From positions 33,030,773-33,094,772 of the forward strand of contig NC_068992.1 of assembly GCF_001194135.2 (NCBI RefSeq): a stretch of 64,000 bases of DNA, read 5' to 3'. This DNA comes from Octopus bimaculoides. Its lineage: Eukaryota. A program made the position numbers and the translations under genes. Positions 12,401-24,196 of the stretch are shown piece by piece; positions within the stretch are counted from its first letter, which is position 1; each line of letters opens with the position of its first letter. The notes beneath the pieces were generated by a model. It was not told the DNA's origin and searched no databases. It was given only the letters and a program-made list of their open reading frames with translations.

Positions 12401-13227
12401 TGTATAAATAGATGACAGCAATTTTACTTAGCTTAACATATCTTCTCAAGCAGAACAAAATGCCATAACTTCTAGTCTCTTGTCATTTCCTGTGTGGCCC
12501 AGTGTCTGAAAATTCTTTCTCACCACTTTATCTCATGTGTTCCTGGGTCTACCTCTTCCGCAGGTTCATTCAACAGTTAGAGCTCAGCAGTCAATTACTT
12601 GGTCTATTGTTCCTTCTGTCTGTCTGTCTGTCTGACTGACAGTTTGTCTCTCCACTCTTGCTAAATTTCATTTTATTTTTCAGAAAATTTTTACATTCCT
12701 AACAGAATACAATAAGTTGTTTACAAGAGTCCATGTGATCCTCATTTCATAAGAGCTGGTAATCATTTTTTCAACAATTGTTGAGACAACAAATTGCTAA
12801 TTGTTATGCATGTTTTCACCACAAAATTTTTGTTAATGAACACACAAATATGTTTCCACATACAGCATTAATTTCTTTTCACTTTAACAAATATCTGTAA
12901 TTAGTTAAAGGAAAAAATGGTCACCCAATGGGAATTAACTCCAAATTATTTTTGCTCATAAAATCCAATAGTATTTCACTTTTAACATGAAAAATCTATA
13001 AAACTATTTATTGTTCTTGCTTCCAGTGCCATTTTTTCAATAATTGGTTTTATTTTATCAATGATTATCGTCAGAATCAAGCAACTAAAGCCAGAGGCAA
13101 ATATTTTGGTGGGGATAGAGACTTAAATTGGAAATGCATGTCAAGAATTTTCTTTAATTTAGAATGTACTTTAGTTATTTTATTTTTTACATAGGAATGA
13201 ATGTTGTTGTTGTTGTTGTAGTTGTTG

Positions 13228-13268
<41 letters not shown>

Positions 13269-14944
13269 CTACCACTATTACCATTTCTATTATTGCTTTT
13301 GTTTATGTATATTATTAAAATTTTTGTTTACATAGTTAAAATCAATATTGGTAATGTTCATATGAATTGGTTTTTCAAGAAGTAACTTCAATGTAATGGA
13401 GAAGCATTCTGTAAAACATTGCTGGCTAAAGGGAAAAACAAAAGCAGCAGTAAAGTCAACAACAAGATCAATAACTGCAACAGTAAGGCATTAATGAAAA
13501 TATTGGCATACAGTCAAAGTCTACAGTTGATGGAGCAACATATGAAAGAGTTTCATATTCTATTTGTTTTATTTATTCTGAATATTATAGTTGCTTTGGT
13601 CGTTAAAATGGTGAATGACTGCCTACAAATCCATGAATTTAAGCACTGCTCTGTACAGTAATCGTACTCTGCGTCTTTGGCAGAGCACATTATTCAGTTT
13701 GCTTCCGACTAGACGAAGCTAAAATATGCCATGGTTCTGCTTCATGGTTGAGTGAATTATATCCAGTTAAGGGTAAAAGTATTTGCTCCAACAATTCAAA
13801 TGTAAACATTGAAATTTGCAAAATAAGCAATGAGAAAGGAAAACTAAAACTAAACAACCCATCCTACCCATTTAGAATTGAAAAAGTGAACAAAAGTTTC
13901 ATTTCTATGATAAGTTGAATTGTTCTGAGAATTTTGGATATAAAAAGGCTGAATATTCATTCATCAAGTGAGAACAAATGAGTTCTGATGTTTTCAATAC
14001 ATTCTATTGAACAAATTGTAACTTAGTGATTCCATGATACCTCACATTTATTTGATAGAGGACTTAGTTTAAAATATAATTAAATGCCTCTTTTTCAAGA
14101 CACACAAATGTTATTTTAAAGATTTTATTTACTTTTGTTTTGCTTGTACAAACCATTAGTTTCCATGAACTTTACGAGTTTTCCGGTACCATTTATTTCA
14201 TGCACACATGGAAGATGAACTGAGTTCATTGCTATCAGATACAGGTAAGAGAAATTAGAGTTGTAGTGACTTTTTTGCCTGCAGATCTGATAACACTTAT
14301 TGCTTAACACTAAATGAATATAATAACTGCACAATAAAGTACTCTTTTCAGAAAAAACAAAGTTCTGTTATCCTGTTTAAAAATCAAAATCATGTGTGTG
14401 TGTGTGCACATGTGTGCATGGGTTCATGCGTGTGTAATTAATATAGGTAGAGATGTGCAAAGTTTTACCAAAAAGGAAAACTATAACTGTCATCAAATAT
14501 TACTAAGGGTGTTAGAACCACCTACATTGCTAGAAATAAGAGCTTAAACACTCTAATGCTGCAGTCAAAGCACATAATTGTATACATACATACTATCAGA
14601 GACTGTAATCACCTGGAAACTACAGCTGAGATATCCCCATACTGATCGAGTTACAATAGAGTTTCAATGAATACAGAGATTAGTACAACTGCAAAATTTT
14701 ACTTTTTAAATTATTTCTAAGGTCATTCACAACATATTTCATTTAAATATTCCTGACACATGTTTCTGCTACATAGACACCGAGTAATTGTATTTGCATG
14801 CTGTTACTTTCAACCAGTGATTTAGTCTATGCGCATATATTCAAGGTTCATCCATTGAAGTGGATTGAAGTGAACTAAATGCATGTAATTTTGGCTAGTA
14901 GTATATTTTTGGTAGTTGACTATAGTTTTTGAGTGCAACTACAG

Positions 14945-15085
14945 GAGAAAGCTAGAGAACAACAAAGACCTCTCCTTCTACTAGAACTCTTTGTTGCAAT
15001 GATTAGAGCAATTCATGATGGCATGAAGGCACTTGTTATCCACCAAGCTAATATGTCAGAAGAATTCTCAGTCACATGTTGTAAA
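14945..15085 (+). mobile_element. RTE-type reverse transcriptase fragment
   Basis: Translates to LFVAMIRAIHDGMKALVIHQANMSEEFSVTC, matching the RTE pattern IRxFHDGMxAxV...SEEFxVTxG. Confidence 0.6.
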
Positions 15086-18000
15086 TTTTAACCTTTTAAT
15101 TGACCAAATAAATAGTGTATCTGGTAAATTGTTAGCTGCATAGCAGATCAAATTTTGTCTGAGATACTTTAAGGTACTGAAGGCTAAGAGCAGTGGAGAG
15201 AAAACTGGAGACTTCTGAAAGAAGTCTCTATTTTGTATAAACACACTATATAAACTAGTTTCTAAAATTGTCATAAAAATATCTCTAGTATAAACTTTAT
15301 ACTTATCACTTTACACTTTGATATTTATAATTATATTCTCAGTAAATGTAATTATGCACTTCTGTGATTTAAAACATTTTCTATTTGTAAATTATACTAA
15401 ATTCAATACATATTTCAGTTATAAAAGGATTCCCTGTCCTTTGCTTAAATACATAGTATTTACATAAGTGGAATGGTTCAATATTGTAGGCAGAGTCAAT
15501 GATAAATTCTTTATTGTATGTACTTATAAACTCTATTCTGAGGCCACATCTTATTCAGCTAATTTGTTATCCTTTCTTTGCACAATCGATAAAATAAGTA
15601 CAAATAGTATTCATGAATCAATTCAAACAACAATATTTCAATTGTTCAAATCTGTCACCTTGTACCCATATTGATCTTACATGACCTTATATTTCAACAG
15701 AACAAGTAATTTTACAGTTGTATTTCAATTACATCTATGTGAAGGCTTTCTAAAATAATACAATGAACATCTATTTACGAAGATCAATGATAGTCTGTGT
15801 CAACAATACCAACTGGGGTAAAATGCAAGCATTCAGGTATCTTATAAAAGGAAAAGAAACAGCCATTGTTTCAGAGCCATTTTGCTGACTTTGAAAGGAT
15901 ATCAAACTCTTAGTGGTTGTTAATTATGTCCTCTTTATTATATTGATTACTTTCAGATATCAGCATTTTTTCCAATCCTTTAATCTGTTGCAGACTTATT
16001 AGTTGTTTCTCTGAGTAACATTCACACTTTGTTAGCTTAAACATTTCTTGTACATGTTTTTTGTGAATAATCAAATCTGTCAGTTTGTATGTTTGATGTG
16101 TTTGATCCTTATTTGTAGGGACAAACATGTAAAAAGAAATCTAAAACAAAGTACTTAATGCTTCACGAAATGGAGTTAAATATATTTACTTATAAATTTA
16201 TTTCCAAATCTATACATTTGTTTCTGTCATTATTATATCTTCAGAACTAATAAGAATATGTTTTTTAATAAGTTAATAGCACAGAAACTTCCAATTCAAA
16301 AATAGTGTATGCACAGATAGTGAGACAGTGGCAAAATTTTCTTTAGTTAGAGGTAAACTTAAACACATTTTTGACTGATACAATAAAATATTCAGGAAGC
16401 AGAGTGAGGTGGAGGCTAACACAGTACAATGGTCACTAAAGGACTATGAAAATTAAGACATGCTAGGAACAATGAAATAGGGTTGGCAGAATGTCAGTAG
16501 ACAGCCCACAGCAGAACTATGTCTAGAACACATAACCACACATCAATAACATGAGAGAGGTTGCACCAAAAAAACATGAAAAAGTAGAGAAACTTCTCAA
16601 TGGGAATGTGAGGCAACATGCTACAACCTAAAAAAAAAAAGCAGATTGCACAAAATTTCCGAGCAACTGACAGCAATGTTCTTACATTCTATTTGTTACA
16701 GAAGGAACACAAAAACTTCACAGACCCTGTTATGGAGCCCCCCAGCTTAGCAAATTTGCAGAACCAACACTTCCAGCAATAAGGTCATTCCTACTTTCTC
16801 TCACAAGTATTGCAATTGCTCATGTAGAAAGAAATACATCCACACACACACAAACGTACACACAGGTGCTTATCTATTCAAAAGACCACCACACTGCATA
16901 CATGCACAGTTAAGTACACACCTACTGGAATGCACACATGTAAGCAAACACTCTCACACACATACAAACATACACACTCACACAAACACACACACTAGAC
17001 CATACACTCATGTACCCACACAATCACACACATGCACATACAAACAGCCACTCACAAACACACCCACCATTATTCCCTCCTCCTCCCACATAAGGAACTA
17101 CACCCACAAATCTTTTTTATAAGACGACAAGCAAATCTAGGCAGATCTGAGACAAAAGACCGAACCCTTAAAAACGTCACAGATGGTAATGCATACAGAC
17201 TCACAAAGACACAAATACACCCACATAGATACACATGTATGCTCACACAACTTTACATTTACTTTCATCCTTAGCTTCTCTTTTAAGCAAACACGTGTGT
17301 ACATTCACAAAGGCATAAGACACATTCTTGGACAGACTCAGAGTAGACCATGAGGTGAGAGAGTATGTCATAAAAGAGGTTGTGAATAGTGCCAAAAGGG
17401 CTCTGACTAACAAACAACTGAGTCATTGTTTAACCATGACATTAAACAACCGATTGACTTGTTAGTTGGTTAGATATTTAAGCAATTGACAAACAATAAA
17501 GAAATGATATTGAATAAAATCATGTGTTTACTAGTTGAAAGCTGGGGTCAATGTAATCAACTAGTCCTCTCCCACAAATTTCAGGTTTTGTGCCTTAGCA
17601 GAAAGGGTTATAGGCATAATGACCCTCTGAAGACACAAGAAGGTTAATAAAATAGTTTAGAAAAATAGATTAAAGAATAAGGGGACATTTAAGTTTAAAG
17701 GAGTAGAATCAATTTTGAAGTGAACTGTAGCTAAATTTGTAGCAATATAGCAATGTAACTTCTTAAATCCATATTTAGAAACAGCCCTGTTGCTAAATGG
17801 TTAGCCATTGAGTTGAAATTAAGAAATGATGAAATAAATATTGAAAAACAACAATGAAAAAATTTAGAAGTGAATATTATTGAAAGATCAGAGAAACAAA
17901 GTCTAAATTCTATTAAGGATTAGAGAGGGCGAGAATTATATTGAACATTTTCAAAGTCATGTAAGAGATATGTTACAAAGGCACAGAAAATTTGTTGGGG

Positions 18001-19139
18001 CAATATTAAAATTAATAGCACAAAGTAAATAGTGAAAAACTGTGAAAACCCTACATTTCAAAGAAAAGGGTGTTAAATATTAGTGAAAAGATGAAAGGAG
18101 AAATGAAATGAGTACCTTGGAAACAGCTGCATATTATGAGAGGATATCAAATATGACAAGGATTTTGAGTTTTACTATAGAGAAAACTAGCTTGGAAATT
18201 ATGAATAGGAAACAGGTGGCTTTGTTGCAAGGAAGATGATGAATGTAGGAGTCTGTGACAGAAAATACTGTTAGTGAAGATTCTGAGGGAGAGAGAGAGA
18301 AAGAGGAAAACAGGACAATAAAGATTCATAATAATTAACTCAATGAGTAGAACTATGAGAGAACTAATTTGATATGCAAAAACCAATGCATGCACAATGA
18401 AATCAGGTGAGGTGACAGATGTAAAATATATAAGAGCAATAGTTCTGTAAAACCAACATAAAGTTGAGAAGGATATAAAAGAATAAAACACTCCTCTCTC
18501 CCCCCCCCACACACACCTGCACACAAAATATAAACACTTGCATACATGAACACAAAGAGAGACGCAGGTGGTATATAAACATATAGAGAAGATATGAATA
18601 TATATATGCATTCACAAAGATATACAGATATCTTACAAATTCATAAGCACATAAATCTATTTTGGTATATAAAAAAACAGCAAAATAAAAAATCATTGGG
18701 ATATACACACATAAAGAAACATGCAATTTTGTATGGCATAAACAATTCATATATAGAATAAGTAGTAACAGAACAGGACAGTGAGAACAAAACAATTAAA
18801 ACAAATGGTGAGGGCTGTTAAGCTAAGCCAATGTGAAGTGGTGAATGCTGGAAAAATGAGCTTTGAAAAGAGAAAGATAGAAGCACATCTTGTTTTTAGG
18901 AAGGAAGTGGAAGAAAGAATGGTCGTCAGTTACGTGTGAGCAACAAGAGAGTCAAGGGGGAAGAGTGAGAGAGAGAGAGAGAGAGGGAACGATGAAGGGG
19001 AGAGAAGAATAGGGAAAGGGTAGGAGAGAAAAACAGAAAGGATGAAGAACAAGAGAGGGAGATAGATAGACAGAAAGAGATAGAATAAAAATGCGCATCG
19101 TACATATAAAATAAGTAGGCATACCCGGATACATAAATA

Positions 19140-19490
19140 TACAACAAGGCTATGTGGTAAGAAGCTTGTTTCTGGTTTCAGTTGCACTGCATGGCACCTC
19201 AGGCAAGTGTCATCTACAATAGCCTCAGCTGACCAAAGCCCCTTGTGAGTGGATTTGAAAGATGGAAACTAGAAGGGGCCCATTGTGTGTGTGTGTATGT
19301 GTGTCCCCCACCATTGCTTCACAACTGGTGTTGGTGCGTTTATGTCTATGTAACTTAGCAGTTCAGCAAGAGACACCAACAGAGTAAATACCAGGCTTTA
19401 AAAAATTGGGTTGATTCATTTGACTAAAAATTCAAGTTGGTGCTCCAGCATGGCCAGAGTGTACTGAACGAAACGAGTAAAAGATAAAAG
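19140..19490 (+). mobile_element. tRNA-derived SINE, near full length, with internal (TG)n
   Basis: GCTATGTGGTAAGAAGCTTG head; GGCAAGTGTCATCTACAATAGCC...GTGAGTGGATTTG; 3' CCAGCATGGCC...GAAACGAGTAAAAGATAAAAG. Confidence 0.8.
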
Positions 19491-20026
19491 TTAAAGGCAC
19501 ATATCGACTTGCCTACACATACACAAATATATTTATATTCTCCTAAGATAATTTCCATAGTGAAGATCTTTCTATATCTGAGTGTACATGAATACATTAA
19601 ATATAAATGTACACCCTTGTATTTCAATCACTGCTGCTTTGAGAGCCTCTGGTTTATTAGGAAACTGTGACAGATAGATTTTGGAATACATAACTGTTGA
19701 TAGGTAATGATGCAGACACACACATGTTCTATGATCTGATGATGTCTTTTTCCTCACATAGACTCTAAAGATAATTCTCTCCAGAGAAATTTCTACAGCA
19801 AAGGTTTCACAGTATCTAAAGCTACAAGAATATGTTAAATATAATCATACATACCAATATTTCAATCAATGCTGTTATTTATAACTTTATATGTATTTCA
19901 AGAATAAATTCCAAAAAGAGAGTTATTCCATGTTCTCTTAAACGTTTTGTAAATTCTTATGATGTCAGAAAAATACAATTCTTGCTGATAAGAATAAAGT
20001 TTCTAAAATGGACAGAGAAATTCTAA

Positions 20027-20099
20027 GGATTGCTTTGATACAATGGTAGCATGCTTGTTGTGTGTACAGGACATGTGGGTTTGAATTCTGTGGCAGCCT
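20027..20099 (+). pseudogene. tRNA pseudogene, tRNA-Thr-like
   Basis: 73 nt with A-box-like TGATACAATGGT, anticodon stem CTTGT/ACAGG, B-box GGTTTGAATTC and 3' end GCAGCCT; the anticodon loop is decayed. Confidence 0.55.
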
Positions 20100-20304
20100 T
20101 CAATTATTTTTCTAACCAAAAGGGGATTTTCAACCCAATAGTTACATGTTATTTCATAATAGCTATTATATGTACTTTGAGAATCAATTCCAAAACTCAA
20201 TTAATCTGTGTACTCTTGGAAGTTTATAAATTCATATAATGTCAACTAAATACAATTCTCAAAAGTAAGAATAATGTTTCTAAAATGGCCAGAAAAAGTT
20301 CGAA

Positions 20305-20378
20305 TGATTGCTTTAGTCCAATGGTAAAACGCCTATCATGTCTACAGGAAATGTGTGTTTGAGTCCCACAAACATCCT
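20305..20378 (+). pseudogene. tRNA pseudogene, tRNA-Thr-like
   Basis: TAGTCCAATGGTAAAACGCCTATC...ACAGGAAATGTGTGTTTGAGTCCCAC resembles the eukaryotic tRNA-Thr(AGU) pattern AAAGCGCCTGTCTAGTAAACAGGAGATCCTGGGTTCGAATCCCAG (recalled, not searched). Confidence 0.55.
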
Positions 20379-20487
20379 TTAAACATTTCCGTTCCAAAAC
20401 GGGTTTCTCAACTCAATATTTATAACCTTATATGAATTTTGAGAACCAATTCCGAATATATATGAGTGTTTGGTGTGAGTGTGCGTG

Positions 20488-20552
<65 letters not shown>

Positions 20553-20555
<3 letters not shown>

Positions 20556-21046
20556 TGATAGGCTTGCCTCGATCCTTCAGGGGTAGTCTGCAGCATCCAA
20601 GCAACCAGGGGATGTTTAAATCCGGAGGCACTCCTGGGGGTCACCTGTATGGGTACCGTCTTGGGAAGAGGGCATCCAGAGGCAGGTAATTTATTGCTTA
20701 AACCGTAGTTTATAATTATATTTATGTGGAGAATGGAGCAAGAAAAAGCATTATTGTTGGACTAGATAGCCGTTGTTTTATTACGTGGAGGTTGTGTAAT
20801 AAGTCATTGTGGAGGTTGAGGCTATGTAGTGAGTCATTTTGTATATTATGCAATAGTCATTTACGTACGTTTTGATCAAGCCAGTGGTTTGGCAGATATC
20901 ATCAGAATGTTGAAGAGTATGTTCAAAGTTTGTGGTGTGCGAAATGTAGGAGAAGTAATTAGTGGGTGTAATATATGTGGTGGTGTAATAGTAGCGATAG
21001 GTAAAGAAAGCCTTACGTTTTTCTTGTATTTGTTGCTCCGTTCTCC
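20553..21046 (-). mobile_element. Interspersed repeat of uncertain class, possibly PLE-associated, abutting (TA)n and a gap
   Basis: GC-richer block with a sharp boundary at the (TA)31 tract; the minus frame is open for about 87 codons but carries no diagnostic motif. Confidence 0.3.
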
Positions 21047-21393
21047 NNNNNNNNNNNNNNNNNNNNNNNNNNNNNNNNNNNNNNNNNNNNNNNNNNNNNN
21101 NNNNNNNNNNNNNNNNNNNNNNNNNNNNNNNNNNNNNNNNNNNNNNNNNNNNNNNNNNNNNNNNNNNNNNNNNNNNNNNNNNNNNNNNNNNNNNNNNNNN
21201 NNNNNNNNNNNNNNNNNNNNNNNNNNNNNNNNNNNNNNNNNNNNNNNNNNNNNNNNNNNNNNNNNNNNNNNNNNNNNNNNNNNNNNNNNNNNNNNNNNNN
21301 NNNNNNNNNNNNNNNNNNNNNNNNNNNNNNNNNNNNNNNNNNNNNNNNNNNNNNNNNNNNNNNNNNNNNNNNNNNNNNNNNNNNNNNNNNNNN

Positions 21394-21562
21394 AGGAAGC
21401 TACACTCTCTCAGTGGTTGGCGTTAGGAAGGGCATCCAGCTGTAGAAACTCTGCCAAATTAGATTGGAGCCTGGTGTTGCCATCCGGTTTCACCAGTCCT
21501 AAGTCAAATCGTCCAGCCCATGCTAGCATGGAAAGCGGACGTTAAACGATGATGATGATGAT
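21394..21562 (+). mobile_element. Young (GAT)n-tailed SINE-like repeat (3' part)
   Basis: About 95% identical by eye to the reverse complement of 63820-64000. Confidence 0.88.
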
Positions 21563-21564
21563 GT

Positions 21565-22097
21565 GGTAATCTTCCAGTTTAGGACGGTAAAAAAGTAAAT
21601 AAAAATATACAAGGGAAATAACTTAACGTCTTACTAGTATTATCCGTACTACTCTGAAATGCGTTTTCTTTTTAGCTGTTTATAAATAAATCACACACGC
21701 GATTTGATTGAAGTTAACTGTTTATATATAAATCACACACGTCATTGAATATCATAGTACCGGCTGCACAACAACTTATTGTTCCTGAAAATGAAATACT
21801 CACTCGTCAATTAATCATATTAGAAGAATATTAGTGAATTATGCAGCAGTTCAAGACACAAAATGTTGGAATGGTGTGCGCGCCGTCGGCTTATTAGGAA
21901 TAAGTTTACCTTCGAGGATTGTTTAGTACCATGTGGACTCGTTAAAAAAAACAAAAAAAAAACACGTGTGATTTATTTATAAACAGCTAAAAAAAACAAA
22001 CACATTTCAGAGTTGTACAGATAATACTAGTAAGACGTTAAGTTATTTCCCTTGTATATTTTTATTTACTTTTGTTACCCACGAAACTGGAAGATTA

Positions 22098-22099
<2 letters not shown>
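21565..22099. mobile_element. MITE with ~135-bp terminal inverted repeats (GGTAATCTTCCAGTTT...)
   Basis: The left arm GGTAATCTTCCAGTTT...AATATACAAGGGAAATAACTTAACGTCTTACTAGTATTATC...TAAATCACAC matches the reverse complement of 21962-22099; no ORF inside. Confidence 0.85.
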
Positions 22100-22132
<33 letters not shown>

Positions 22133-22134
<2 letters not shown>

Positions 22135-22685
22135 GAGAATGTACGAAAACAACAACAACAGACGAGGACAGGTGGTGTAAACAACAAAAGGATGTATTAG
22201 TTTGACGCTCAGGAATACAGAAAGTCTTTAACGTTTCGAGCTACGCTCTTCAACAGAAAGAATACGGAGAAAACAAGGAGAAAAAAAATTGAATGGTGTT
22301 TGGTCAGCGATTTATCATGGCCTCTGCGGCAGAACGTTCACGCAGGAGAGATAAGAAAAAGGGGAGATAACAAAAGGTGGAAGAAAAACGGTGACCCAAG
22401 TACGAGGAGCTATGTGTGTGAGAGAGAATGCTGGTGATCTTGACGTATGCATGTGTGAAAAAATGGGGAGGGGAGAAAGGAGTTGGTCAGTTGTAGTGTG
22501 TGCTTGGTGTGTGTTGTGAAGTGATGTGTGGTGTGATGTGAGGGTGTTGGGAGGTAGGGAAAGCGAAGGCGGGGTAGGCGAGAGTGGGGAAGGCATGGGT
22601 GGAGTGTGGGTTAGGCTGAGGGTGATGGTAGAGTTAGGGTATGTGGGTAGGGGTGGGTGTAAGGAATTGGATGGGGTAGGAAGGT
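22133..22685 (-). mobile_element. Penelope-like element 3' terminal region (family A)
   Basis: C-rich tract, then a hammerhead-like GAAGAGCGTAGCTCGAAACG motif, ending at (TA)n; 22133-22320 is repeated at 42413-42600. Confidence 0.6.
22225..22261 (-). ncRNA. Minimal hammerhead-like motif with expanded core (PLE family A, copy 1)
   Basis: TCTTT CTGTTGAA GAGC-GTA-GCTC GAAA C GTT AAAGA. Confidence 0.55.
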
Positions 22686-23694
22686 AAAGAATTATATGGC
22701 CTTTGGTTTTAGAGTCTCATAAGTTGTCCATGGGGCTAAGTCATTTATGAATTCAAAACCATTCATCACTCTATGATTGGACATATACTTAACTGCATAT
22801 ATATACATGTGTGTGTGTGTTATATTGACACACTTATCACTTTATATGTACATCTGCATATATGTGTAAATAAATTTTCCACAGCTCTTGACCTGAAACT
22901 AGTAAAGAATATATACTGATCTATTGATTATTTATTGATTTCAAGGCCTCATATTTGTAGAGAAGGAATAACTGAATATATTGACCACAGAAGAATGGAA
23001 AACTTAACTGCGACAGGATTTGAACTCAGAATCTAAAGAGTTGAAGCATATACTGCATGCCATTCAGTCCGGGCTCTCATAATTATAATGCTCGTTGACA
23101 TTATTTAATAAAACAAAATTTTGCTGAGTAGAATTAAGTATTAAACACTTATTACTCAAACGGCTTCTCTTAATCTGGATATTTTCACAGTTTGAAAATA
23201 CTTGATTCAGTTTAAACTTTGAAGTGACTATCAATTTATTTGAAAACAAACACACACACGCATGTGTGTATGTCGAAAGATCGCTTAAATAATATATGGA
23301 TATATGCATATATACATACCTACATATATATACATGCATATATGAGTACAGAACATCAAAACAACATAGACAGACTAAGAAACAAAAACATAAAAACGAA
23401 CTTTTTTTCGAACAACAGAAAAAACAGAGAAATGAGATATGCAACATAAAGAACATTCCCTTCATCAGCTGTCCCCTCTTTTATCTACTCTGCATTTCGA
23501 AGTTAAGGACAAGACGCGACTTCGTTAAAACAATCCTTCCCACAAAGCAAATTGAATAAAATTTTGGACTTTTTGCGGAGGGTGAAAGTGGTAACAAAAA
23601 CAGGACAGTAATTATCTTAATAATTACGATGCGCACTCTTGTTCTATCTCTTTTCTGTCTATCTATCTCATATGGACTCACCCTCTACACTCTT

Positions 23695-24196
23695 CAGTGA
23701 GTGCCTTGAGGACGTAGTGCTGCCCTGGGTCAAAAGGATGGTTGCTGGAAGACCATATGTCTGGTAACAGGATTCTGCACCATGCTACACATGCAGGAGA
23801 ACCCAGTCATGGCTATCAGATAATTTCTGCAACCATATCACCTCTAAAATCTGGCCACATAACTCCCCAGACTGCAACACCCTTGATTATTATGTGTGGG
23901 GCACAGTTCAGTGAGAAACTAACAAAACTCCTTGTGACACCAAAAAAGAACAGAAGGTAAGGATTATAGCAGCATTCACCATCTTAAATAAGGAGAACTT
24001 CCTGAAGAATAACAGAAGATTCTGAAGTCGTCTGGTGGCCATGGTTGAAGCCAACGGCGATTTCATTGAAGAAATTTACTCTTTAGTATCTCAAGATAAT
24101 TTTATGTAATTTTTGTAACTTTATCTGTTAAAATGAAACGTTAGTGTTATTTTCATTTTTGCATAATTTAGATGACAATATATTCACCGCACCCTG
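23695..24196 (+). mobile_element. maT (DD37D) Tc1/mariner-superfamily transposon, 3' half with right TIR
   Basis: QDSAPC...WPHNSPDCNTLDYYVWG with 37 residues counted between the second and third Asp; in-frame stops; ends ...CACCGCACCCTG followed by TA. Confidence 0.88.

Larger units (their letters stand above)
19866..20460. repeat. Tandem repeat, ~277-bp period, about 2.2 units, each containing a tRNA-like segment
   Basis: GTTTCTAAAATGG recurs at 19999 and 20276; ATTT..ATAAC..TTATATG..TTT.AGAA..AATTCC recurs near 19875, 20150 and 20420. Confidence 0.85.

Noticed and set aside
14160-14250. MEDELSSLLSDT followed by a strong donor CAG|GTAAGA
   Set aside because: Only 12-24 codons, no matching acceptor in frame and no recognisable homology.
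18147-19187. Several 60-154-aa ORFs on the minus strand
   Set aside because: Products of degenerate (TA/CA/GA) low-complexity sequence; Phe/Leu/Ser/Ile-rich artefacts.
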